The position numbers were made by a program, and so were the translations under genes. The notes beneath the pieces were generated by a model, which worked only from the letters and a program-made list of their open reading frames with translations, made no database searches and was not told the origin of the DNA. Below are positions 9,669-23,668 of a stretch of 64,000 nucleotides of DNA, piece after piece (the stretch's first letter is position 1; every line of letters starts with the position of its first letter). The stretch comes from Eledone cirrhosa (taxonomy: Eukaryota): assembly GCA_964016885.1 (NCBI GenBank), contig OZ024751.1, positions 31,682,001 to 31,746,000 of the forward strand. Reading direction: 5' to 3'.

Positions 9669-12600
9669 GTGAATTAAAACTGTGTCATCCAAGAACTTAC
9701 AATTTTGATTCTTTTGTGTGTGTTTGCAACTCTTCTTACTGTGACACAGTACCAAATATTGAAAGACTGGGCATTGGAAAATATGTAGTTATTGTAACCG
9801 ATCAAAGAAACTTCCGTTTAACCAATTGCTCAGGTAGTTTTAAAAGTTCAAATGGTAAGTATTTCTTTTTTTTTTTAAATTCTAGTTACATGGCTTAGTG
9901 GTTAGAGCATTGGGCTTACAATTGTTAGGTTGTGTTCGATTCCTGGACAGGGTGGTTTGTTGTGTTCTTGAGTAAGACACTTTATTTCATGTTGCTCCAG
10001 TTTACTCAGCTATAGAACTGAGTTGTGAAATCACTGGTGCCAAGCAGCACTGGCCTTTGCTTATCCTTTGGACAACATCGGTGGCATGGAGAGTGGAGAC
10101 TTGTATGTATGAGTGATTGCTGGTCTTACACAAAAAAAACCTTGCCCAGACTTTGTGCCTCAGAGGGGAATGTTCTAGAAGCAAAGCCCATAATCATTCA
10201 TGACTGAAAGGGGTCTCACTATCGCATTGTTTAACCTTTTTGATACCAGATTACTTGAAACCATTCTTAGTTCTACAAAATGCATATTTTAAAGTGTTTA
10301 TATGTATCTAAAAACCTTCTGTCATCATTTTATGTAAGAATCTTTGTTAAGTTATGTTCCAAGAATCATTTTAATAATGAGAAAGTTAGTTGTTATATTA
10401 TTAAATTCTTTTTTCAAAATAACTTGAAAATCATAAACGGTGTCTTTCGTTATTAACATGGTAACAAAAAGATTAAATGAGGATGATGATTATGATGATG
10501 TCTCCATATTTGTCTTCTCTTTAATTAGCAGATGGCGCCAGTCCAATGTCAATTAATTACAACAAAACCTACCAGAAAATTATTGGTTTTGGTGGTGCCT
10601 TCACGGATTCAACTGGAATCAATATTTTGTCATTGCCTAAAAAAGCTCAGGAGAAATTGTTACAGTCGTACTTCTCTCCTCTTGGTAGGTCCTTTCTTTG
10701 AATTTTTCAGCTAAATAATCCACTCAACTTATATTTCTGTTGATCCCCCCCCCCCAACCACCACAACAACAACCATTATCACCACAACAGCCACCACAAA
10801 TAACACCAGTCATCACCATCACCACTATATCACCATTATATCCCATTATTCCAATATACCCTGTATTCCAGTATTCCAGTATTCCATTCCACTCTCTATT
10901 CCATTATTCTGTTCCAGTATACTCTGTATTCCATTATTCTATGTCAATATAGCCTGTATTCCATTATTCTAATCCAATATACCCTGTATTCCATTATTCT
11001 ATCTCAATATACCCTGTATTCCATTATTCTATCTCAATATACCCTGTATTCCATTATTTTATTCCAATATACCCTGTATTCCATTATTCTATCCCAATAT
11101 TCCATTATTCTATTCCAATATTCCATTATTCTATTCCAATATACCCAGTATTCCATTATTCTATCCCAATATACCATTGCATTCCATTCTAATCTACCAT
11201 TTGTCAATTTCAGGAATTGAATACAACCTTGGCCGAGTCCCAATTGGTAGCTGTGACTTTTCCACTCATGTCTACTCTTATGATGACTCTGTAAATGACA
11301 CAAAGTTAAATCACTTTGATTTAGCTGACGAAGATCTTAAATATAAGGTAAATGGAAGAAATATTCTAGAAGAATCAATGAATTAGTTATTTGATGACGA
11401 TCATGATGATGATCATCATCATTATCATCATCGTCATTGTCATCATCATTTTACGGCCCATTTCCCTATTGAAGGCATCTAGCTTAATGGTAAAGGTGTT
11501 GGACTTATGATCATAAGTGGGTCAATTCGTGGACTGGGTTGTGTGTTGTGTTCTTGAGCAAAATGCTTCATTTCACATTTCTACAGTATACCCAGCTGAA
11601 AATGAGTACCAGCTGGGGATTTAACCCTGCAGTGGACTGACATCTCGTCCAGGGAAAAGTCTTACACTCTCAGTCACTTAATTCCATGGATAAGCACCGG
11701 CCTGAGGAGCCTTTGGTTTTGAGACAAACTTTTTTTTCTCACATTGGCATGGGTTAGGCAGATTGCCATGGTCCAAGACCAGACAGGCTAAAGCAACCAT
11801 TCTTGTTTGTTACGTTCCATAATTGGAATGGTTTCTGTAGCTTAGCTTGGTGTTCTTCCTAATGCCATCTTACAGAGTGTACTGGGTGCATTGTTTGTGG
11901 GCCACAGTTCTACCACTTTACACAGTGGACTGGCCACATTTTATAGTAGCACCAACAATAACATAGTACAAGGTGTACTGTTGCTTTTTATTGTAGCACC
12001 AGCACTAGAGAGGTTGTCACATGCTCGGCCAAACTCAAGAGACCCCTCAAACCCTATACTGTCACTGTTCAATTGCCAAACGCTGTAGCCTCTGGTTTCT
12101 CACCATGTCTATTTTTAGCGTTGCAGTTTATAAATTTTTATTGATTAATTCTTCACATCTTGTAATGAAACCTCAGAAATTGTGGACTTTCTTATTTCCC
12201 ATAGATACCATTGATAAAACAGGCAGAGAAGATGAGCCGTAAAAAACTGCTCTTGTTTGGGAGTCCATGGAGTGCTCCAGCTTGGATGAAAACAAACAAT
12301 AATATGACAGGCATGGGATTTCTGAAAGGGAAGGCTGGTGGAATCTATTATAATGCTTGGGCACTCTATTTTATCAAGTAAGCTTCTCTGCAATTGTCTT
12401 TTTCACATTCATTTATCTTTGATATATTTCATATTTTTTACCCCCTTTTATTTTTTTAATTAATGAATGAATTAATTTGGTTTATCATCAATCACTGCCA
12501 CCACCACCACTACTACACACATCATCACCATGACAACAATCATGACGACGACCACCATCACCACCACTACCACCACAAACATCATCACCATCAACATCAC

Positions 12601-14788
12601 AACCACCACAGACATCATCATGACAACGACCACCACCACCACCATGATGATGATAATGATAATGACGACGTTGATGATGATGACGGACATTGTTGATACT
12701 TGTGGTGGTGGTGGTGATGACAATGGTAATGCTGATGATGGTGATGGTGAGAGCAATGGTGGACATTGTTGATAATGATGGTGGTGCTGATGATAAGGAG
12801 GAGGAAGAGGAAGAAGAATAGTAAGAGACATATCTTTAGTTAGGTTTGTTGAGTCAAAGTTATTTTATTTTACATGGAATTAATTTTGAGGTTGTAACAC
12901 AAGAGACTTGAAGTTTTTACTTATTTGACAGTTTCTCTAACATTTCGTACACGTACAATGAAACTCTAGACTAGACATACACACACACATGCACACAATG
13001 TAATTCTAGACTAGACGCAAACACACACACATGCCTAGGCACATACATATACACACAATGAAATTGTACTGAAATAGTGGACTAGACATACACGCATGCA
13101 GACACACGCACACACACAATATATTTGAAGTATTTCTAATTCAACCAGCTCTCGTTTTACATAAAAATTTCAAGTATGAAGTATGGAGGTCATCCACTTC
13201 AGGGTTTAATGTCTGCGCTGTGGTCATCATCATCATTATCACCATTAGCATCACTGTAAAGTGGTTGGTGGTAGGAAGGACAGCTGTAGAAACCAAGCCA
13301 AAACAAAGCAGATGAGCAGGACTTTGTCACCTGACCAGTCCAGCCTCAGCATGTGACAGCCATCTAACCCATGCAAGCATGGAAAATAGACGTTAAACAT
13401 GTATGATGATGGTGATGACAATGATGATGTTCATATGTTTTTTTATTTAGATTCCTTGAAGAGTACAAACACTTCAATATTACATTTTGGGGTTTAACAG
13501 CACAGAATGAACCTTTGGATGGTCTCATTTACAAATTCCCATTTCAAGCTATGGGTTGGACGTCTGAGATGCAACGAGATTTCATCAGCAAGGATTTAGG
13601 ACCCCTTCTTTACAGTTATGGCTACGGTCATTTGAAGTTGATGATATTTGATGATGAACGGACATTTATGGTTAACTGGGTCAAAACAGTAAGTTAGTAA
13701 TTATTTAACTTCCTTCAGTAAGTTAGTAATTATTTAACTTTCTTTAACACTCTAAGGAAAAGAACACAACCATTAAAAAACATTGGCAATATAGTCCGAG
13801 GGTTCAGGTCTAATTTAGAAATATTTGAAAGAGACACATGTATGAAAAATGATAGCATAGTTAACGTAATAAATATCTATCTGTACGTCTGTATGTGTGT
13901 ATGTATGTCTCATAATATTATAATATAAAATTAAATCAAATGAAGTCATTCTTTTCCTTTTTTTCAAATATATATATATAAATATCAAGTAAGAATATTT
14001 TCTAAACAGCGAGCGGGTTTGAAATTAGAGATATAAGCTATCGCTGTATTTTGACTAAAGAAATTAAAGAAATTATTTAGCCTGATAGTGGGGGTTAAGA
14101 ACCCTCGGAGAAATGGAAAAAGATGAGTATTGACGTACGTCAATACTCATTAATTTCTTATTAATTATTATTAATTTCTTTAATTTCTTTAGTCAAAATA
14201 CAGCGATAGCTTATATTTCTAATTATATATATATATAATTATTAAGGCCAGTTACTACAACGGTGCCATACCAAGTACATACATTTCATTGGTCCTGAGG
14301 ACCAACTTGTTCAACCTGTGCCAATGAAAATGAACCAGAAAGTGTTTACTCAAAGGGTTTAAAAAAAAGCAAAGGAAGAAAGGGACGATGATTTGACCTA
14401 AACATGTGAACAAACCATAAAATAATAACTAATAATTATGAGGGGACTAGAAAAAATTAATAGGTTAAGAAAAGTATAAATCGCTATTAAGGAGGCCATT
14501 TCTTCAAAAGGTACTTAGAAGCATGAGAACATCTCAAGAAGAACTCAGAGCACATGTTAAGTGGTTTGTTGTGGAGATTTTTCAATATCCACTGTTTCTC
14601 ATCATTACATAATTTGCAGGCCTTGAGCCCATCTCTATATGGCCGAGATTTCTCTAGTATCCACCATCTAATGTTCCTATCTTTGAGTTGTAGTAACTGG
14701 TCTTAATAATTATGTTCAAACTTGCCCTACAGACTTGAGTTGCTCTATATCTTGGATTTTTTACCTACCTATTACTACCTTATATGTG

Positions 14789-14821
<33 letters not shown>

Positions 14822-17800
14822 AAAATATATAGATATAAAAATATATATACATACATATGTCATGATGATGATGATGACATATGTATATATATATATATAT
14901 AAATATGTATGTATATATATTTGTATAAATATATATATATGTATATACATGTATGTATATGTGTATGTATAAATATATATATATATGAAAGTTTGGAGGT
15001 GTTTTAGTATTGTTAATATGAAAATGCTTTGAATTATGTCACATTTCTTGTTGACATATATCACATTTCCTTATATCTCTAATGTTTTGACAAATTGGTA
15101 GGTAGTCTTCTTCAGTTATATATCACTTGTATGTCAAATAGAGATGTTAGGCAAGTATTATATATAAACTAGAATGTAAATGAATCTAAGCCAAACTCTA
15201 TCTACCAACTCTATCAAACCTTGATCCTAACATCAACCCCACCCATCAGACACATGCTGCTATGGAGAAAGTTGACAAGTGAGTTATAGTGAGAGAACAA
15301 TAACCCATGCTAGCATGGAAAATGGACGTTAAACGAAGATGATGATGATGATGATAATGATATATGTTCTGACAATTACTATATTGAAAGCAAGTCTACA
15401 CCAAAACATGTTATCCACGAACTGCAAACTATAATACTACAATCAGCCGCACCCACACAAGACACAGATTAGATTTAAACTCTTTGAAACTCTATCAGTA
15501 AAACAACAACCAACCTGCTCCAATTATTGGTATGGGGGTGAGTGGGTGTCAACAGACATAATATATATTCTATATATTTGACAACTATATTTGTGGAACA
15601 CTTAAGATTAACTTGGTTAAACTTCTGGTCAATATAAACTAGTGGAGGTTATGTAGTTAAGACAGGATCAAGTTGGTTAAACTTCTAATCAATAGAAACA
15701 AGCACAAATTTTCATTACAATCTGTTCACTAGTAAAGATAGCATAAACATTTGAATTAACAAACCCATTTTTTATTTAGAAATTTTCTGCTAAGCCATTA
15801 CAGATTGTTAAGATTCAATTAAGAAACTGATATTTGTTTTGTATTTCTTTCTTGTAGGTCTTAAAAAACAAGTTAGCGAAAGCAATGGTGTCTGGCATTG
15901 CAGTACATTGGTACGAAGATGTAGATTTGACGCTGTCATTTCTTGACAAAACACATGAAATGTATCCTGATCATTTCATCTTGGCTACTGAAGCTTGTGC
16001 TGGATCCTATGCATGGGATCATCCAAAAGTAGCTCTGGGAAGTTGGAAAAGAGCGGAAAGCTACAGCAAAGATATCATCCAGGTGACTTCACCTTCCTAT
16101 TTCTAAAGTCTAACATTGATTTAAACAAAAATATTTTATAGATGTCAGCTGTTGTCTTTTGAGTATAACTCACTTTCAACCATTACAGTCCTCCTCCTCC
16201 ACCACCGACACCTTATAACACACTAGTCCTCCACCACCACCCCGCAACACACTAGAGTCCTCCTCCACCACCATCTCATAACACACTTCAGTCTTCCATC
16301 ACCTCACAACACACTAGTTCTCCACCACCAACCTGTCACTCTTTGTTTCTCACCCTCCCTATCCATCTCTCTATGTTTCTCACTCACACACACTTGTACC
16401 AAACAAAAAGATCAATATAATTTATAATATGGAACAAGAATATAAAAATCCCTGAACATAACCAACAACACTTAACTTATTAATGTTAAATCTTTTCTGT
16501 CTTTTTATTGTGTTTAATTCATCATGAACTTTATATCACAATTATAAAGTACCACCTGTTTCTAGAATATTCATGTTAGTAGCCACAGGTGTTTCTAAAA
16601 TTGTCTTTCTCAGAGATGATTGTTGGAGTGGGAGCAGAGTTCTATTTTTAATATTGTCAGCTCTATTTTATTACCAAACTCTCTCTGCTTCAGTGAAACA
16701 AAACTGTTTATTTTAAAGTGTTTCTATTTATCTAAAAACATTCCATCATAAGTTATGTTCCAAATACCAAGTGTCTTTCATTAGAAATATGGTAATGAAA
16801 GGGTTGAAGTCTTTATATTTATCTAAAAACATTCCATCATAGTTTTATGTAAGAACCTTTGTTGAGTTATGTTCCAAATAATGAGATATGGTAATGAAAG
16901 GTTTAAACAACATAAGCAGTGTCTTTCATAAGAAATATGGTAATGAAATGGTTAAACAACATAGCCAGTGTCTTTCATAAGAAATATGGTAATGAAATGG
17001 TTAAACAACATAGCCAGTGTCTTTCATAAGAAATTTGGCAATGAAAGGGTTTAATTTGAGTTAACACTATCACTGAAGAGAAGGGAAATGCCAGCAAGTT
17101 GAGAAATTGACACAGTTTTCAATGTTTGGTTGAAGCAATTTCACTTCCCCTTACACTGATATCTTTAACCCTTTAGCATTTATATTACTCTATATTTACT
17201 ATTGCATTTTCACACTAAGGGCTTTATCTCACATATTATTTATTTTGAGAACAATACTTTTAATGTCAGTATGAGAGGCTGGTTACGACCAGTTTGAACA
17301 GAAAGAGGTAAGAGAATTCTGGCCGGATATGGCTGGTTTAAAAAGTCATGAACATCACATATCATTTCAATTTCTTTAAAAACACAAGGTCTTTTGCCTA
17401 GAGACCTCCCCCCCCCATATCAAAGCTGGTTAGCTAGTGTTGATGCAGCATATTGGATCTCTGTTGGTTCCAACAATGAATGTTACAGTTGTTCAGACAA
17501 AGGAACAGCTTGCTTGTGAAATTAATCTGCAAGTGACTGAGCATTCCCGTAATGTAGTTCTTAGGGAGATTCAGCGTGAAACAGTGTATGACAAGTGTGG
17601 CCTTTTGAATTATAGGTACATATTTTTGCCAGCTGAGTGGACTGGAGCAACAAAATAACGTGTCTTGCTCAAGGACATGTGCATTGCCGAGAATTGAACT
17701 CACAACCTTGCAATCATGAACCAAACTCCTTAATCGAGTTTCACTTAAAAAAATTTTTAAAATCAATATTGAAGAGATTAATTTGAACCAATAGCATTTA

Positions 17801-19036
17801 ATAGTTAATGTCTTATGTAAACATTAAACTTGTGTTTTTTTCTTAAACAGGATTTAAATCACTGGGTTACTGGTTGGACAGATTGGAATATGGCTCTTGA
17901 CCTTGAAGGGGGTCCAAATTGGGCCAAGAATTTTGTGGACAGTTCAATAATTGTCAACAAAACAGCTGGAGAGTTCTACAAACAACCCATGTACTATATC
18001 ATAGCACATTTCAGGTAAATTTGAAAATGCAGCAGTCAGTATTTCTTCCTTTGCACATCTCATCTATGAAATTCCCTTCCAGCTTTCTTGACCACTACAA
18101 TTTGCAAAAATTCTAAAGCAACATCAATTGTCATCTTCACTTATATTTTAGTGGATTTATTGCTTTGCTTGGGGTGAGCAAATTAAAAAAAAAGTCTTCA
18201 TATTCATTTATTTATTATAAATAGGGGTAAAAAAAAAAAAAAAAAAATTGGAAATGTCCTGTAAATGTTTGATATTTGACAACAACCTTGTTGTCAGCAT
18301 CACAAGTTTTTTGTAAAATGATTACTACTACTACACTCAGAACAACATAGTTATTATCACTAAGTACAAGGTTATGTTACCTAGTTTAGTATCTCTATTT
18401 GTGAGTCAAGAGAGAATACAGTAATGCCATTTTATTGAACAATCTATCGATTTTGTCTTCTGTATTATTAAAAAAAATTTGAACTTGAAAATTGTTTATT
18501 TCTATTACAGTAAATATATCTTACCAGGCTCTGTAAGAATTGAAATCACAAACATCCCCAAGTCTTTAGATGTAGTTGGTTTTCTCCGTCCTGACAAAGC
18601 TACAGTTGTTGTGATAGCCAATCGGTAATTCAAAAATTTACCTTTATTTTATTATTATTATTATGTGCTCTTCAACCTTTTGATACCAACCTGGTCAAAA
18701 CCGATTTTGGCACCAGCACTATTACTCATTAAAGCTGTTGTTTGGATCATAATTTAAAGGTTCTTACATGAGGTGATGATGGAATATTTTTTGATAAATA
18801 TAAACAAATGTTGTATGACAGAACCAGGAGCAGTTTTAGGTGGTTTGGTAATGAAAGGTTTAACAGGTACAACCACCTTTGAAGTTTTTATGTAATAATG
18901 AATATCTATTGACCTTTATTATTTCTTCAGTCAAAACGAAAGTGTTAAATACACATTACAAGACCCACATCGAGGACATATCAAAGGTACTGCTGGTGAA
19001 CATTCAATACAAACATTGATTTGGTGGAATAAATGA
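9669..19036 (+). CDS. GBA: Lysosomal acid glucosylceramidase (GH30); exons join(9669..9854,10532..10684,11214..11347,12205..12377,13451..13688,15858..16082,17851..18014,18511..18624,18931..19036); signal-peptide exon(s) upstream not resolved
   Basis: All exons are AG/GT-bounded and phase-compatible, giving 497 codons plus TGA. Motifs: [46 protein letters not shown] (acid/base Glu), AVHWY, LATEAC (nucleophile Glu), [24 protein letters not shown]. Confidence 0.95.
9887..10215 (+). mobile_element. tRNA-derived SINE family B (CORE-like body) in GBA intron
   Basis: Head ATGGCTTAGTGGTTAGAGC...GTTCGATTCC, body TGTGTTCTTGAGTAAGACACTTTATTTCATGTTGCTCCAG; relatives at about 2465-2650(-), 11473-11730, 17430-17730(-) and 46128-46285. 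Confidence 0.75.
10845..11190. repeat. Minisatellite, ~30-bp unit (ATACCCTGTATTCCATTATTCTATCTCAAT)
   Basis: Tandem copies ending just before the GBA acceptor at 11213. Confidence 0.9.
12485..12820. repeat. CAT/CAC/GAT/GGT trinucleotide low-complexity tract
   Basis: Degenerate triplet repeats in a GBA intron; source of spurious His/Thr/Val ORFs. Confidence 0.85.
14023..14224. repeat. (TA)n-flanked asymmetric fold-back element
   Basis: Arm 14023-14075 pairs with 14172-14224; perfect 28-bp palindrome ATGAGTATTGACGTACGTCAATACTCAT at 14123-14150. Confidence 0.9.
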
Positions 19037-21178
19037 AGTAAGTATATTAAAATACCTCAACTTTATTGCTCCATTCTCCCAATTAACTCTTGATTTTGGA
19101 AGGACTTTCTCATTATTAAGCACACCGTTACATAAGGTGATCAAACATCTGCATTTAGAATTCTTCAGCTACCTTGCTGGCATTGTACTTGTGAAGCCGA
19201 TTTGGGAACCGCTCTTGCTAAAATGCATGTGAGACTAGTGGACAGGAAAAACTTTTTATTTTTTTTACAAACACAAGTACAAAGAAAATTACGATGTAAT
19301 CTCTCTCTGGAACCAGAGAAATGCACCGTACACAGGGAGAGACGTTTCAGATGGCTACGTTACTAAATAGAATTTATTCATACAGTGAGAGCCTCAGAGT
19401 AACTTTAAAAAAAAAAAATGAGATAAACTTCAGATAATTTGTTTCAAAGTTTTATTTGAGAAATGTAAAAAAAATTCAAGATGTTTCAGACTATAGAGTA
19501 GAGGAGGCTAGCTAGAATGCAACAAGGAAATGTTAACACTTTCATAGAACTAAAGCGCAGAAGAGGCTGACTAGAATGTAACAGAAATGTTCGCACTCTG
19601 GTAGAACTATAGAGTGGAGGAGGTCGGCTAGAATATAACAGGGTTCTGTTAGCACTCTGGTAGAAGACTGCTTAACATTACTATTATTGTTTGCTGCCTT
19701 CAGTTTGAGGGGATCTTTAACACTTTTCATACCCAACCACCTTTATTTCTGCAATACAAAAATTGTTTATATTTTATGTTGGAACCTATAAGTTATTTTC
19801 CAACAAACAGATAAATGACGAGTAAGTAATATAACTAAATTCTTGATTTGAAACACATAGGAAGTATAATGAAAGGGTTAAAAATCTTTTCCCCCGCATA
19901 GTTTGTATGGAACACTGGTTTTAAGATTATAAACAATTATATTAAGATGGAAGGCGAAGGAGGGTGCAGAGGAAATATTTACACTATTTGTGAGTTGTTT
20001 GTAAAATTATTTCCATTGCAATATATTTCAGCAATAGAATCTATAATTTAATGAAGAGAGAAGTCATTGTTGCTTATGAAACTTCAGAGAAAAACAGTAA
20101 CTACTTATCTATTTACCATGTACTCAATACATAGCCTTTCATGTCAAACAACCAATATACCATCTACGTTTTAAAGAAATTATATAATTATTTAACTTTT
20201 AACCAATTTTGAAAAAAAATGCATTTACCTTTTTACAAGAATAAAATATTTCTAAACTATCTTTGATTTTATTTCATATAAATTATGCAAAGGATTGAGG
20301 AAAATCAAATTCAGTAAACTGGATTAGCAATCTAAGGGAGATTGATAAAGTGAATTATTAATCTACCTTTGATGCATACTAATTCCTAATCGCGAAAATC
20401 TAAGTAGTATCGTATATTTTCTACCAATGTTGAAGGGAGAGAAATGTAAAGTTAATGATCATAAATAGATGGTCAAATTTATCTTAAACACGATCAGTGT
20501 TGTAGAGGATGTAAAAATGTGTTTGTTAAAAAAAGGAAGACTGAAAGATATATATTAAAGCAAAAACATCTACAAAAAAAATCAGTAATATATCTATTTA
20601 AAAAAAATGTTTAACAAATGTCACATTTTCCAAAAAGGAAATCTCTTTGGAAACTTCAGATTTATTTATTATTTTACACACAGGAAGTAATAAGATTGAA
20701 GTCAAAATTATCATAATTTTGCTTTTATCAAAGACACTTATTGATGTTGAAATATTTTACAATCCCCTGCGTGATTGTTTTTATAGGGGGTAGGGAGGAT
20801 GGAGTATACGTATTGCTCTAGCATTCAACTTATAAAAAAACACAATTAAATGCAAAAGATTCAACAATTTTTAAAAACGTGTAACCAAATGTCAGTCCAT
20901 TTTGGAATTTAATGTCCAACTAGTTTGTTGATACAACTTTTTAACAGTTCACCATACTACAGGAATAAGAAGAATTTCATCAGAGACAAATGAAAAAAAA
21001 TGTTATATTCTTGTAAAGTAAATTATGTTTGAAATAATAAATGTTTGTGCCAGGCAAACATTTATAATGGGGGTAAAGTCCTCTCGATGAAATGAATTAT
21101 TTTGTAGCGGAATGACACTAAAAAACACTAAAACATGTAGATTCTCTGGAAGTTGGAAAGCTTAGGCACATATCTATT

Positions 21179-23633
21179 TCATGGAGGAGTGAAGGATCCA
21201 CCTTTGGAAAATCGTACAGGAGGTTCATTTGATTCTTTAGAGGGTTCTGGGGCTTTGGAATTCACTACCAAACCTTTGTATATACTTAGAGCCTGCAACA
21301 GAAACAGAAAAATTAATGTCAATTTTGTGTTTTATATATATATGTCCAACTCATGCAAGTATGGAACAATGGACGAAAAATTATATAGAGTCGGGGCCCA
21401 AGGCTGAGTGAGCTCTTGCTGTTTCAACAGCAAATTCCATCACCTTTTACAGCATGTACTGGGAGTAGTTTATTGAGACTTCAGCACTACAATTTTACAG
21501 GGTGCTTTTGTTGTAGCACACGTTTTCATATGCTTCCACTGTACCGAGTGCATTTTATCATGACCCCTCTATCAGTAACCGAACCTCCCTCGTATAGGAT
21601 TGTCTGGAGTAGAAACATTTGATAATAGGTTTATTTAATGAGGTGACCTGGGATTAAACACCTAATACACTGTAAAGTGGTAGTGTTGGTGCCATGATAA
21701 AATGTAAACAGTACACTTTGAACAAAGACAATATTAGATAGAGAGGACTCCAGTCTGGCCAAGCATATGAAAAGTTCTCTAGTGCTAGAGCTATGATAAA
21801 ATGCACCCAATATACTCTGTAAAATGGTTAGCATTAGGAAGGGCATCCAGTTATAGAAACCATGCCAAATATGGAATGTATGAGCAAGATGAGGTATCTC
21901 TGACTCCTTTAGTCTTGTACAGTAAGAACCTGTTTAATCCATGTCAGTTTAGAAAGCCGACAGATCATGATGGGGATACCAGAAAATGTAGAGAAAGAAA
22001 ATATATTAAAACTATACCTGTGCCACCATTCCAGAGACATCGTTAGTGTTTGCTGGCACCACTACAGTGTTACCTGTCTTTGCAAGTTTAGAAAATGCTT
22101 CAACATATTCTTCAGCTATTTTCATAGATACGGCATCAGTGCCATGCTGTAATGAAGGGGAAATAATTGAATTGAAATAATTTAATTAAACACACATCAA
22201 TTAGCTATACCTTAGATTCGCCAACACTACACCCAATGTTCCCCCTCCATACACATACACACATGTATATCATGACTCATACACTATGCACCTTTGACGA
22301 GTTGTAGTGCACCTGAGCACTTTACACAATAATATTATTATTTAAACACACGTACAAGCACAATTAGCTATACCTTAGTTTACCTAAACACAGGTACAAA
22401 TACATCAATTAGTCATACCTAGTTTTCCTAAACACACAGGTGGACATATCATGACCAAATAGTTAAGTATAATTTGCAATCATTAGATCCCAGTGTGTGA
22501 CATCTTGGTCATTATTTACCATAACCTCTGGTTAACCCTTGTGAGTGATACTGGATAGACAGAAACTGTTTGGAAGCCCGTCAGATGGACTACTGTACCT
22601 GTAATTCAAAGGTTCAGCCTTGTCACACACTGTCATGTGAATCTCCCTGAGAATTACGTTAAAGATATACATATCTTTAGAATGCTCAGTCAGTCACACA
22701 TTAATTTCAAGAGCTGGCTGTTCCATTGATTGAACAACTGAAGCATTGTGTCATGCTTAATCTCCCTGAGAATTATGTTAACGGTATATGGCTTAGTGGT
22801 TAGAGCATTGGCCTTGCAATCGAAAGGTTGTGAGTTCAATTCTCAGACCGGGTGATGTGTTGTTTCCTTGAGCAAAACACTTTATTTCACATTGCTCCAG
22901 TTTACTCAGCTGTAGAAATGAGATGATAGGGACTGGGGTCCATATCATTCCACTGCAAAGTGGTCGTGGAAGTGCCACGGCAAAAAAGCACCCAGCACTC
23001 ACTGTAAATGAGGTTGGTGTTAGGAAGGGCATCCAGCTGTAAGTCAAAATCAGTTCCCGTCCCACCCTTGCAAGCAGGGAAAAAGCGGACGTAAAATGAA
23101 ATGATGATACATGTGGAATGCTCAGCCTCTTGCATGTTAAATTTGCATGATCAGACTGTTCTATTGATCATACAAGTGGTACACTTGCCAATGGATGTTA
23201 GATGATGATGATAATTATGAATTAAAAATAAAGGTTGGCATCAAATTGTAGAATACTGCCTCAAAACAGTCTTCTCCAACCCATGCCAACATGAAATAGC
23301 AGACAGTGTTGATGATAATGAGTGTGAATTTGAAAAAAAATTCAAACCATTATGGAAGAATAAGATTATAACTGAAAATACTTACATTCTCTGCAATGGC
23401 ATTTGCTATTAAGAAAATAGATTCTGATTTAGCCTTGGCTCGTTTCACAATTGCTTCTGCTTCACCTGATTGAATAATGGAAAACTTTATCATTGGACGA
23501 GGAAGAAAGCAAAATATTGGATTCTGGGTAGTAAAAATTAAAATAGGTTTCCTAATTTATGTATGGAATAGATTTAAAGGAAATAAGATTTTTAAACAAC
23601 TGATTTCTTCCTGAGAAACAGTAATATGAGTGC

Positions 23634-23668
<35 letters not shown>

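Noticed and set aside
12463-12831. His-, Thr- and Val-rich ORFs
   Set aside because: Translation of a trinucleotide low-complexity tract inside a GBA intron, open in several frames on both strands
22787-22860. tRNA gene (also about 41410 and 9887)
   Set aside because: A and B boxes are present but the acceptor stem is not closed and the sequence continues into a SINE body; this is a SINE head
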